From positions 1-64,000 of IMG/VR virus record IMGVR_UViG_2974513674_000001: DNA of 64,000 bases; one strand, 5' to 3'. Position numbers and translations under genes: made by a program. Origin of the DNA: a virus (taxonomy: Duplodnaviria > Caudoviricetes). Shown in pieces: positions 56,901 to 64,000 of this stretch; position 1 is the stretch's first letter; each line of letters begins with the position of its first letter. Under the pieces are notes generated by a model. It was not told the origin of the DNA, did no database searches, and saw only the letters and a program-made list of their open reading frames with translations.

Positions 56901-57388
56901 GACCGCACCCTATGCCAGTCCTGGGCAAGAAGCCGAAGATCATGATCGTCCTCGATGGCCCATCGTACAAAGAGGAAGAGAAGGGTCAGATGATGGTCGG
57001 TGACACCGGCGCATTCATCAAGGCTGCGATGACGAAGGCTGGGCTCAAGATGTCTGAGGTCTACGTGACCAGCTACATCAAAGCCCGCAAGCTGAAGGAC
57101 GAGGAAATCGAGAACACGACCGCGAACGGCTGCGGCCGCTATCTCAACCGTGAAATCGACCTTCTGAAGCCGCCGGTGATCGTCGCCCTGGGCAGCAAGT
57201 CCGTGCGGCAACTGGTGCCGGACATCAAGGGCGGGTGGGAAGAGAACTGCGGCAAGTCGTTCTTCGATCCAAAGGCCGACTGCACAGTGGTCAGCGGTTT
57301 CAACCCGGCGATGATCTGCTTCGACGGCGCGAAACAGGCTCTGCTCGACCAGGTGTTCCAACAGGTAGCTGACATCTTCAGCGTATAA
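53996..57388 (+). CDS. dnaE: DNA polymerase III alpha (family C) fused to a C-terminal UDG-family-4-like domain
   Basis: GPGRGS, PDVDLDF, KLDVLGL, GVFQFES, FNKSH; C-terminal GP..EE.KG..VG..G...EIDLLKPPVIVALG. Confidence 0.92.
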   Translation: MNNLLGAKTHFSLGESIYDPEALVKKAELAGYDGIVVTDVESIDSMPILAGKAKGLQVGLGVQISVVQDLTWVAAKRGEPKRAPNPFFMPTLFVRNDAGFADLCELLTLAQSEDHFCTKPSRMQIDLSELLAFVQRGNLTMTLGSAYSALQHKQREALLDACCDVLDVSQMLCELIPVSSAFYDRHNFNTLKLMQERGIEGIVTRPTLNQKDEVSFRNTMNSILSHDKVDSTWRREPPEDLHIIEATEVVTHVGTLIERMVKMGFDDDAATDMINQAWCKNQAYFTDHPYKWSKMTPSLPVMSANPMADIVAICKQGWKERLGKEVFGYKPDASLLPKYQERLKYELSILQKMEFEPYFQLVHYIVNWSKNDGIMVGPGRGSVGGSLVAYLMGITDVDPIRFDLIFERFINPERIDLPDVDLDFMSSRRQDIVDHLVSKFGDERVVQIANYNTIAGAGAIQAVGKAHGLHESQYECSKLVPKESGVPIPLEKAVAFVPELEKLALNHPEVWAASVGLQGTFKNFAKHAAGVVVAGTDIVGRGVVNRRQGVGIVNWDKRVVEDFGLIKLDVLGLSNLDILRLARDYIREAHAIEVDFTTLPLDDKKVLDSFAAGKTYGVFQFESGGMRKLLKELGSGGNLTFEDCVAATALFRPGPIQAGLMDLYVSIKKEFTEPEYLHPNMKAALEPTMSVMVYQEQVMQISRDLAGYTFPEADGLRKIMGKKDPVKMAEQRDKFVDGCIATSGLDHATATFIFEQIEKFAGYGFNKSHSVAYTLISYMTMWVKVYYPEAFYAACLSILDEQKLSGLAKDAQANDIYIVPPDINHSSGRYEVGFDAARGQKILYAPFQSIKGMSDKSAAAIVAARQKLGRGFKNKAELILEVDRRACNKRHQEMLDKIGAFAKIEPGQLDARHPDRLRDQKELLPGIVVSNVKAERVIEITGDVSAELIQIVDDFQAHKGCDGCPFIGRPHPMPVLGKKPKIMIVLDGPSYKEEEKGQMMVGDTGAFIKAAMTKAGLKMSEVYVTSYIKARKLKDEEIENTTANGCGRYLNREIDLLKPPVIVALGSKSVRQLVPDIKGGWEENCGKSFFDPKADCTVVSGFNPAMICFDGAKQALLDQVFQQVADIFSV

Positions 57389-57399
57389 CCCATAGAAAC

Positions 57400-57433
57400 C
57401 CCAGCGTCAGCGCGCTTTAATAGCGTCTGACGC
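57400..57433 (+). promoter_or_regulatory. CCC-class promoter, TTTAAT inside GCGTCAG..CGCT/AGCG.CTGACGC
   Basis: CCC at 57400, -10 at 57416. Confidence 0.6.
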
Positions 57434-57460
57434 ATTCACACAAACAGCGAGACTCAACCG

Positions 57461-58741
57461 ATGAAAGAAGCAAACGACATCGACGAGCTGGAAGCCCTGC
57501 TTTCTGGTCTTAACGAAGACGAACTGAACCAGCTCGAAGAGTTGGATACGCCTGTGGCCAAGCCAGCGCCTGTCACCGACGACGATGTCACCGACGCAGA
57601 ACTGATCGGCGAAATCGAAGACGAGCCAGCCGCAGCACCTGCAAAGCCTGTGAAGCGTGTGAAACGTCTCAAGCCTCTGCCGGAAGAAACCCCGAAGCCG
57701 ACTGCTGAAGCGTCTGACGAAGACGCAGAGCTGGCCGCCCTGGCAGAACTCGACACTCAACCTGTGATCGAGAAGGCCCCAGAGCCTGAACCTGAGCCCG
57801 AACCCGAGCCTGAAGTAGAAGCCGGCAACCCAGGCACCGGCGCAAGCGCTGCTGAAATCGTAGCCGAGCAAGTGATCGACCTGCTGACCACCCTGCCGCC
57901 GCAGTACGGCCTGGCTGAAGACGAAGACCTGTCTGAAATCTTCGACCCGATCCTGAACCGCATCACCGAGAACTCGAAGATCCACTTGATCGAGAAGGCG
58001 TTGCGCAAGGCTCTGATCAAGAAGACTGGCCTGGACCCGACCGGCATTGTCACCCCACTCGAAGAACAGCCTGCGAAGACTGTAACCACCGAAGAAGTGA
58101 CCGTGCATGTAGAGCCTGTCGTCGAGAAGACGCCTGAACCCGAACCCGAGCAAGCCGGCGACAGCGATGCTGAACTCGAAGCCTTGCTGGCAGCAGTCCC
58201 TGAAGTAGCCCCAGCTCCGAAGGCAACTGTCACCTCCCCGTCGAAGCCGGTAGCAGTAACCCCGACTCGCAAGGCCGGTGGTCTGAACACCTTCATCGAC
58301 GCTGACCAGTTGCAGAAAGACCTGCACTTCACCGAGTTGACCATCAACGATGGCATGACCCGGCAAGCAGCGCTGTTCGCTCACTACGCCCGGTTGTCTG
58401 CTGACGCCACGTATCAGTCTGACCGTGCGAAGCAGCAAGTGGACCTCCTGGAAGCGCAGCTCAACCAGAAGTTCCGTGATTCGCTGGTCACAGCCGGCAC
58501 CAAGTTCACTGAAAAATCCATCGACTCGATGGTCATCCAGGACAGCAGCTACCAGGCCGCCCAGGAACGCGCTCACGAAGCGAAGGCTATCGCGTCGATG
58601 GTTGCATCTGCGGCGGACAGCTTCCGTCACCGCAAAGACATGCTGATCCAAGTTGGTGCAGACCTGCGCCTGGAGAAGCAGGGTGAACTTCGCATGAAGG
58701 CGCACCCGGGTCAGAGCGCCCTTGATCAACTGGAGAAATAA
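57461..58741 (+). CDS. acidic Pro-rich protein with C-terminal UvsY-like domain
   Basis: C-terminal ~140 aa (LQKDL...ALFAHY...TEKSI...DSFRHRKDML) follows the T4 UvsY pattern; PEPE repeats upstream. Confidence 0.55.
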   Translation: MKEANDIDELEALLSGLNEDELNQLEELDTPVAKPAPVTDDDVTDAELIGEIEDEPAAAPAKPVKRVKRLKPLPEETPKPTAEASDEDAELAALAELDTQPVIEKAPEPEPEPEPEPEVEAGNPGTGASAAEIVAEQVIDLLTTLPPQYGLAEDEDLSEIFDPILNRITENSKIHLIEKALRKALIKKTGLDPTGIVTPLEEQPAKTVTTEEVTVHVEPVVEKTPEPEPEQAGDSDAELEALLAAVPEVAPAPKATVTSPSKPVAVTPTRKAGGLNTFIDADQLQKDLHFTELTINDGMTRQAALFAHYARLSADATYQSDRAKQQVDLLEAQLNQKFRDSLVTAGTKFTEKSIDSMVIQDSSYQAAQERAHEAKAIASMVASAADSFRHRKDMLIQVGADLRLEKQGELRMKAHPGQSALDQLEK

Positions 58742-58744
58742 CGA

Positions 58745-59269
58745 ATGGATCTACTGACTGTTGGCTGCATTGCGACCGTTGTCGCAGTAGCAGCCGGCGT
58801 CACGGTTTATGTGAACCGTAAACGCCGCCGTGCAATCGCTGCAATGGAACGTCGTCGTGCTGAGCGCCGCGATCCACCCATAACCGAGCCGAATCGCTAC
58901 TCCGGTCCTCCAAGTAGCCTGGTTCAAAAGGTCAATGGCAACAAAATTCACGACGCCGGTCCGAAAGACATCGCCCTGATGCCGGATCGTCGCCGAGCAC
59001 CAACGCCGGATCGTCGTGTGACCCCGCGCCCAGCAGCAACCGGTGCAGGTCGTCGTGCAGATGACGAGGCAGAGCGCCGCCGTCGTGACAATGACCGCCG
59101 TGATGACAGCGACTACATCGCTCCGCAATGTTCCCCGTCTTATCACGACACCAGCTCCAGCCATCGTAGCAGCAGCTCCTGCGGTGGTTCTTCCTGGGGT
59201 GGTTCGTCGAGCAGTTCCGACAGCTCGTCGTCCTCCAGTTCTGATTCCGGTTCGTCTTCGTGCGACTGA
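58745..59269 (+). CDS. membrane-anchored protein with Arg-rich middle and Ser-rich tail
   Basis: N-terminal transmembrane helix then RKRRR; C-terminal SSSSDSGSSSCD. Confidence 0.65.
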   Translation: MDLLTVGCIATVVAVAAGVTVYVNRKRRRAIAAMERRRAERRDPPITEPNRYSGPPSSLVQKVNGNKIHDAGPKDIALMPDRRRAPTPDRRVTPRPAATGAGRRADDEAERRRRDNDRRDDSDYIAPQCSPSYHDTSSSHRSSSSCGGSSWGGSSSSSDSSSSSSSDSGSSSCD

Positions 59270-59321
59270 AATCAGCCTCAGATGTACCTGTAGCACAGTG
59301 TCAAAAACAGCAGTAGAATGA

Positions 59322-59433
59322 TCGACATCAGAAGGGCAGCAGCTAAGGTGAAAGCCCAAGTGGTCCGCCCTTCTGATGAAAATCTCGACAGATAAACCTT
59401 CTCGACATATCGACAATTCGACAGATCGACATA
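59322..59433 (+). repeat. structured SSB leader: 12-bp stem and six TCGACA repeats
   Basis: CATCAGAAGGGC (59326) / GCCCTTCTGATG (59367); TCGACA at 59322, 59385, 59402, 59410, 59418, 59426. Confidence 0.75.
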
Positions 59434-59451
59434 AAAACGGAGTAACACAAG

Positions 59452-60291
59452 ATGGGCATGTCCATTCAAGACCTGATCGCTGGCAAACAGAAAGACATGG
59501 CCGCGAAGAAATCGCGCCAAAACACTCTGAAGCCGCTCCCAGGCACTCACACCTACCGTGTTCTGCCGTCCTGGCGTGGTGGTGACGAGAAGCAGTTCTG
59601 GCACGACTTTGCCATGCACTTCATCAAAACCCCTGACAGCGCTGGCAAACCTGCTGCGGTGTATGTCTGCACCGAGAAGACCTTCGGCAAGCCTTGCGAA
59701 GTCTGCGATGCAGCGAAGAAGCTGATGGCTGTATCGACTTCGGACGATCAGACCAAGATGCTGAAAGAAGCTCTGTCCGCTCAGCGCTACCTGCTGAACG
59801 TGCTGCACCTGACTGGCACCGAGCCAGAAAAAGTGCAGATCATGGAAGTCGGCCAGGGTGTGTTTGAAGCAGTGTGCGGTCTGATCGGCGAGTACGGTGA
59901 CATCACCGACCTCAACGAAGGCACCGACCTGAAGATCACTCGTACCGGTACTGGTCTCGACACCAAGTACACCGTCATGCCGGCGGCGAAGTCGAAGCCT
60001 GTTCCTGCGAAGATCGTTGCAAACCTGCCTAACCTCGACGAGTTCGTAGCTCAAGAGAACCCGGCCGGTGAAACGAAGGCTCTGACTTCGGTTGGTGCAA
60101 TCGTCGGCATCCTGCCAAGCAACAGCGCTGCTCCTGCACGACGTGGTAGCCATCCAGCTTTGGCTGACCTGTCCGCGGACGCAGATGACGCAGAGTTTGA
60201 AACGGTCAGTCCGACTGCCAAAGCCTCTGCAACCCCCGCTGGCGATGACCTCGACGGCCTGGATGAACTCGACGATCTTCTCGAAGACTGA
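59452..60291 (+). CDS. single-stranded DNA-binding protein (T4 gp32-like)
   Basis: YRVLP...HF...C.....GKPCEVC, G.DLKITR.G.G..TKY, acidic tail DELDDLLED. Confidence 0.75.
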   Translation: MGMSIQDLIAGKQKDMAAKKSRQNTLKPLPGTHTYRVLPSWRGGDEKQFWHDFAMHFIKTPDSAGKPAAVYVCTEKTFGKPCEVCDAAKKLMAVSTSDDQTKMLKEALSAQRYLLNVLHLTGTEPEKVQIMEVGQGVFEAVCGLIGEYGDITDLNEGTDLKITRTGTGLDTKYTVMPAAKSKPVPAKIVANLPNLDEFVAQENPAGETKALTSVGAIVGILPSNSAAPARRGSHPALADLSADADDAEFETVSPTAKASATPAGDDLDGLDELDDLLED

Positions 60292-60310
60292 TCGAATCCA
60301 TCCGGTTTAG

Positions 60311-60336
60311 AAAAGGGGCTGAAAAGCCCCTTCTCT
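60311..60336 (+). terminator. terminator-like hairpin
   Basis: AAGGGGCT-GAAA-AGCCCCTT followed by CTCT. Confidence 0.6.
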
Positions 60337-60354
60337 CCCTCTGAGGTATCCGCT

Positions 60355-61311
60355 ATGTCCAAAGAATACGATCTGATCCTCATCGACGGTAACAGCCTGG
60401 GTCACGCCGCGCACAACGCCCGCGTACTCAAGCACCGCACCGGTGAGGTTCAAGCCATCTTCTTCGGTTTGAAGATGATGAAGAAGGCAGTTGAAACCTT
60501 CAGCAGCGCCAGCACCCGAGTGATCTGCCTCTGGGACGACAAAGCCCAATGGCGCTACGACATTCACCCGGAGTACAAAGGCAAGCGCGACAACACTCCC
60601 GAAAAAGCAGTCTCGCGCCGTGAGTACAAGCGCCAGGTTCCAATCTTCCGCCAAGCGCTCTCGCTGATCGGTATGGAACAGCGCTTCGCAAAGGGCGACG
60701 AAGCTGACGACCTCGCTTCCGCACTCGTTCACAATCGCACCCCGAACCAGAAGATTATGCTGGTGTCCGGCGATCACGACTGGCTTCAGCTCGTCAGTGA
60801 CGACGTTGACTGGTTCGATCCTCGCACTGAGGGGCTGTTCGTGGACATGAGCAACTTCGAGGAAGTCACCGGCTACCCGAACGTGATCCAGTTCAGCCAG
60901 TCCAAAGCCCTGATCGGTGATGGCAGCGACAACATCAAAGGCGTCGAGGGTATCGGGGACAAAGCCGTCCCGCTGATCTTCAAAGAGTGGGGCAGCATCG
61001 CCAAGATGTTCGCTTGGGCAGATGCACTGCCGAAGCAGGAAGTTCTGAAGTCGGACATCCCGGCTGAGCTGAGCTTCTGGCGCAAGAAGATCGAGACCTT
61101 CATGTTCGGTGGCGGTCGTGACATCTTCAAGCGCAACATGCGGCTGATGAACCTGCTCAGCAAGCGTCACCGCAGCACCGAAATCCTGGCCAACCAGGTC
61201 GTTCTGAAGTCCAAGTTTGACGAGAACGGGTTCATTGATCTGTGCCACGAATACGCTTTCATGAGCATCGTGACCAACATGAACCAATGGCGTAAAACTT
61301 TCGCATCGTAA
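60355..61311 (+). CDS. 5'-3' exonuclease / flap endonuclease (T4 RNase H-like)
   Basis: LIDGNS, YKGKR, EADD, SGDHD, GDGSDNIKGVEGIG. Confidence 0.9.
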   Translation: MSKEYDLILIDGNSLGHAAHNARVLKHRTGEVQAIFFGLKMMKKAVETFSSASTRVICLWDDKAQWRYDIHPEYKGKRDNTPEKAVSRREYKRQVPIFRQALSLIGMEQRFAKGDEADDLASALVHNRTPNQKIMLVSGDHDWLQLVSDDVDWFDPRTEGLFVDMSNFEEVTGYPNVIQFSQSKALIGDGSDNIKGVEGIGDKAVPLIFKEWGSIAKMFAWADALPKQEVLKSDIPAELSFWRKKIETFMFGGGRDIFKRNMRLMNLLSKRHRSTEILANQVVLKSKFDENGFIDLCHEYAFMSIVTNMNQWRKTFAS

Positions 61312-61322
61312 GGATCAAACAA

Positions 61323-62441
61323 ATGGCAGCTTCCGCACTCGCAAAAGCGCTTCAAGGCGCAATCGGTAAGAACGCAACCCGTACTGGCATCAAGAACTGG
61401 ATGACCACTGGTATCCCTGAGCTTGACGCTGCACTGTCCGGTCTGTTCGAGAAGGGCGGTGTTCCGGGCGGCCGCATGATCGAGATTTTCGGCCCAGCGT
61501 CCTCTGGTAAAACCTTCCTGGCCACTATGATCATGGTCGCAGCGCAGCAGATGGGCGGCATCGCCGGCTTCTCTGACCACGAACGCTCGTTCGAGCCTGG
61601 TCTTGCTGAGAGCCTGGGTCTGTGCATCGACGAAGACACCGGCACCTGGGTCTACAAGAAGCCTGAGACCTTTGAAGAGTCGATCCAGACCGCAATGGCG
61701 TTCTGTGAATTCGTCCGCAAGAACAAGCTGATCCCTGAAGAAGCGCCGCTGGTTTGGGTGTTCGACTCCGTAGCGTCGATGGTGCCTTACGACAAGCTGT
61801 ACGACGACAAGGGCAAGCGTCGGGTCGACCGCATCAACATGAAGGACAAGCTGGCTCTGGCAACTGCGACCTCGCAGAACTACCCGCAGCTCGCTCAGTT
61901 CGCCGAAGACTACAACATGACCGTGATCCTGCTGAACCAGGTTCGCATGAAGCCGGGTGTCATGTACGGCGACCCGACCACTACCCCAGGTGGCCAGGCA
62001 GCCGAGTTCTACGCTTCGATCCGCATCAGCCTGGGTCGCAAGATGATCACCAACGGCAAGGCCGGCGACGACAAAGAGACGCTGGGTCAGGAAATCACTG
62101 CCAACGTGATCAAGAACAAGGTCACTCGACCGTTCCAGAAAGCGAAGTGGCGCGTCATGTACAACATGACCGGCAAAGGCGCAACTGTTGACGTCGTCGG
62201 CTCGACCATTGATTATCTGGTTCGCAAGTCGCTGCTCCCACGCGACGGCAACTACCTTGTCTGGGAAGGCAAGAAGTTGTACCAGTCGGCGCTTGAGAAG
62301 AAGCTGGCCGATGATCCAGATGCAATGAAGAAACTCCGTGCCTTCCTGCCTGACAGCGTGGAATCACTGAGCAAAGAGGACGCCCCGTCCGAAACCCTGC
62401 CGACCGAAGGCGGCGAAACTGAAGTAGGTGAAGCAGAATGA
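61323..62441 (+). CDS. recA: RecA/UvsX recombinase
   Basis: GRMIEIFGPASSGKT, FDSVA, LNQVR, TTPGG, KNKV. Confidence 0.92.
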   Translation: MAASALAKALQGAIGKNATRTGIKNWMTTGIPELDAALSGLFEKGGVPGGRMIEIFGPASSGKTFLATMIMVAAQQMGGIAGFSDHERSFEPGLAESLGLCIDEDTGTWVYKKPETFEESIQTAMAFCEFVRKNKLIPEEAPLVWVFDSVASMVPYDKLYDDKGKRRVDRINMKDKLALATATSQNYPQLAQFAEDYNMTVILLNQVRMKPGVMYGDPTTTPGGQAAEFYASIRISLGRKMITNGKAGDDKETLGQEITANVIKNKVTRPFQKAKWRVMYNMTGKGATVDVVGSTIDYLVRKSLLPRDGNYLVWEGKKLYQSALEKKLADDPDAMKKLRAFLPDSVESLSKEDAPSETLPTEGGETEVGEAE

Positions 62442-62821
62442 AAGAGTTCCTGAAAAGCAAGTGGCAGATCATCGAGGCGCTGTTCAAGAAGCACGTCGCC
62501 CCGCGCATCGAGAAGGCAGGCCCAGTCGTATCGTTCCTGCTGGTCGCCCTGACCGTCGTTGTTGGTCTCGCCATCGCAGTAGCGTTCGTCGCCGGTGTGA
62601 TCACTGTGACCATCCTGGCGCCGGGCATGATCGTCGGGTTCTTCGCATGGACCTACCTGGAACTTGGTGCGACCTACTTCCCGACGCTGTCGCCGGTCTA
62701 CTTGACCATCCCGTACTGGCACTTCGCGTGGGGCTTCGCAGCACTGATCCTGATCTGGCGCTGCTTTCGCAAGGGTGTCTACGGTAAGAGCGCGACGGCC
62801 GGCGTGAAGACGACCAAGTAA
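62438..62821 (+). CDS. hypothetical membrane protein
   Basis: Two to three hydrophobic segments; ATGA coupling. Confidence 0.65.
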   Translation: MKEFLKSKWQIIEALFKKHVAPRIEKAGPVVSFLLVALTVVVGLAIAVAFVAGVITVTILAPGMIVGFFAWTYLELGATYFPTLSPVYLTIPYWHFAWGFAALILIWRCFRKGVYGKSATAGVKTTK

Positions 62822-62838
62822 GTCGAGCAGCAAACAAG

Positions 62839-62863
62839 AGGACAGCTTAGGCTGTCCTTTTTT
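62839..62863 (+). terminator. intrinsic terminator
   Basis: AGGACAGC-TTAG-GCTGTCCT followed by TTTTT. Confidence 0.8.
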
Positions 62864-62876
62864 ATTGGAGGCGAAA

Positions 62877-63353
62877 ATGATCGACGCAAACCTGCGAACG
62901 CTAAAGGTTCACGAAGAGCACGGCTACACGATGAAGAACGGCATGTGCAGCCGGTGTGGCTACAACGAGCTGTGCCGCTCTCAGAGCGACGAAGTCAGCG
63001 CGTGCAAGGCGTATGAGCCCGTACTGGCGTTTCAATCTCTGGCGGGCTGTGAGCTGTCTTTCAACACGGTTCGGCTGGGCAGCGCATGGAGCAAACGTGT
63101 GAAACCCGGATCGACCGTTGCACTGGTCAACAAAGCAGGTGAGAAACTGGCATCAGCCATTGTCGAAGCAGTGCGAGTGGGTCCGCGGATCGAAATGATC
63201 GCAGAGCACGCCGCAGCCAATCACCTGATGGTCGCTCGCAAGGCTCAGCAGCCGAACGCAGAGTTGACCAGGGTATTGCGCAATCTCTACGGCCCCAACT
63301 ATCTAGCGCGGGCAGAAACGATGACTGTGATCTACCTGCGAATAAACGAGTAA
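62877..63353 (+). CDS. Cys-cluster plus ASCH/PUA-like protein
   Basis: CSRC...C...C then NTVRLG...VKPGSTVALV. Confidence 0.5.
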   Translation: MIDANLRTLKVHEEHGYTMKNGMCSRCGYNELCRSQSDEVSACKAYEPVLAFQSLAGCELSFNTVRLGSAWSKRVKPGSTVALVNKAGEKLASAIVEAVRVGPRIEMIAEHAAANHLMVARKAQQPNAELTRVLRNLYGPNYLARAETMTVIYLRINE

Positions 63354-63357
63354 TGCC

Positions 63358-63399
63358 ACTGGGGATAACATTTCAACCCCAGTCTTTAGCGCTCATAAT
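63358..63399 (+). promoter_or_regulatory. CCC-class promoter; ACTGGGG/CCCCAGT hairpin
   Basis: CCC at 63378, CATAAT at 63394. Confidence 0.65.
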
Positions 63400-63428
63400 C
63401 AACGCTCAATCAAACAGCGAGTAGCCCA

Positions 63429-64000
63429 ATGAAACCATATGGAGTTATCTCTGATGTCCACTGTCATTCGTGGTCTCAGTTCAGCCGCCCTCTGCCAAGC
63501 GGTGTCAACAGCCGACTGCAAGACATCCTCGACGCCTTTGAAATGGCAGCGAAGCACGTCCTGAACTCTGACGGCGACACCCTGTTCATCACCGGCGATC
63601 TGTTCCATGTTCGCGGTTCTGTCAGCCCGAAGGTTCTGAACCCGGTCAAAGACGCCTTCGCCAAGCAGACGAAGAAGGGCCTGAAGATCGTTGTCCTCAC
63701 CGGCAACCACGACCTCGAAAGCCGTGACAGCGAAGCCCTGAGCAACGCCTGTGAAGCTCTGAGCCCAATCGAAGGCGTGACCATCGTCAGCAAGCCTCGC
63801 ATCTTCCACGATGACTTCGTGGTGATGATCCCCTGGTACGACAGCCTGGACACCGTGCGCAAGCACATCGCCGACTGCATCGAAGAAATCGAAGACCTGG
63901 GTGACGAAGCAGCCAACTACACGCTGATGCTGCACGTACCTGTGAACGGCGTTCTGTTCGGCATCCCTGATCACGGCTTCTACGCCAAAGAGCTTGAGAA
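63429..64000 (+). CDS. Mre11/SbcD (gp47-like) metallophosphoesterase nuclease, 3'-truncated by the window
   Basis: Translated by hand: MKPYGVISDVH...ITGDLFH...LTGNHD. Confidence 0.85.
   Translation, partial: MKPYGVISDVHCHSWSQFSRPLPSGVNSRLQDILDAFEMAAKHVLNSDGDTLFITGDLFHVRGSVSPKVLNPVKDAFAKQTKKGLKIVVLTGNHDLESRDSEALSNACEALSPIEGVTIVSKPRIFHDDFVVMIPWYDSLDTVRKHIADCIEEIEDLGDEAANYTLMLHVPVNGVLFGIPDHGFYAKELE

Noticed and set aside
59373-59398. CTGATGA followed by a small stem, resembling a hammerhead ribozyme core
   Set aside because: The required GAAA after stem II is absent (TAAAC), and CTGATG is used in the 12-bp stem
59385-59433. Short repeats considered as a CRISPR array
   Set aside because: 6-nt units with 2-nt gaps; no spacers and no cas genes

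Overview
The whole window is one bacteriophage-type replicon, with almost all genes on the + strand. It is a siphovirus whose gene content and order recall SSU5/pHCM2-like phage-plasmids. The GC-rich codon style suggests a Pseudomonas-like host; both points are inference, and no integrase, RepA or ParA lies in the window. Left to right: an HNH gene and three tRNAs; a UvsW-like helicase on the minus strand; a ParB-ParB-ABC ATPase-GNAT cluster; terminase, portal, scaffold, capsid and neck genes; a lambda-like tail; four large fibre/spike enzymes (three SGNH esterases, one beta-helix); a lysis cassette; PhoH; and a replication/recombination arm (Hfq-like protein, DnaB, primase, ligase, CobT/CobS, DnaE-UDG fusion, UvsY-like, gp32-like SSB, 5'-3' exonuclease, RecA, Mre11/SbcD). 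Main observations: (1) the central tail protein J stops at an A_AAA_AAG plus 13-bp hairpin -1 frameshift signal that would fuse it to the first of three paralogous J-C-terminal modules, suggesting a heterotrimeric tail tip; (2) nine replication-arm promoters have CCC starting exactly 16 nt before the -10 hexamer, and in five of them the -10 sits between covarying inverted repeats; (3) a phage Hfq-like gene; (4) a probable packaging-linked DNA-modification module; (5) a structured, repeat-bearing SSB leader; (6) a duplicated palindromic element bracketing the morphogenesis module. All assignments are by eye from motifs and synteny; no searches were run.
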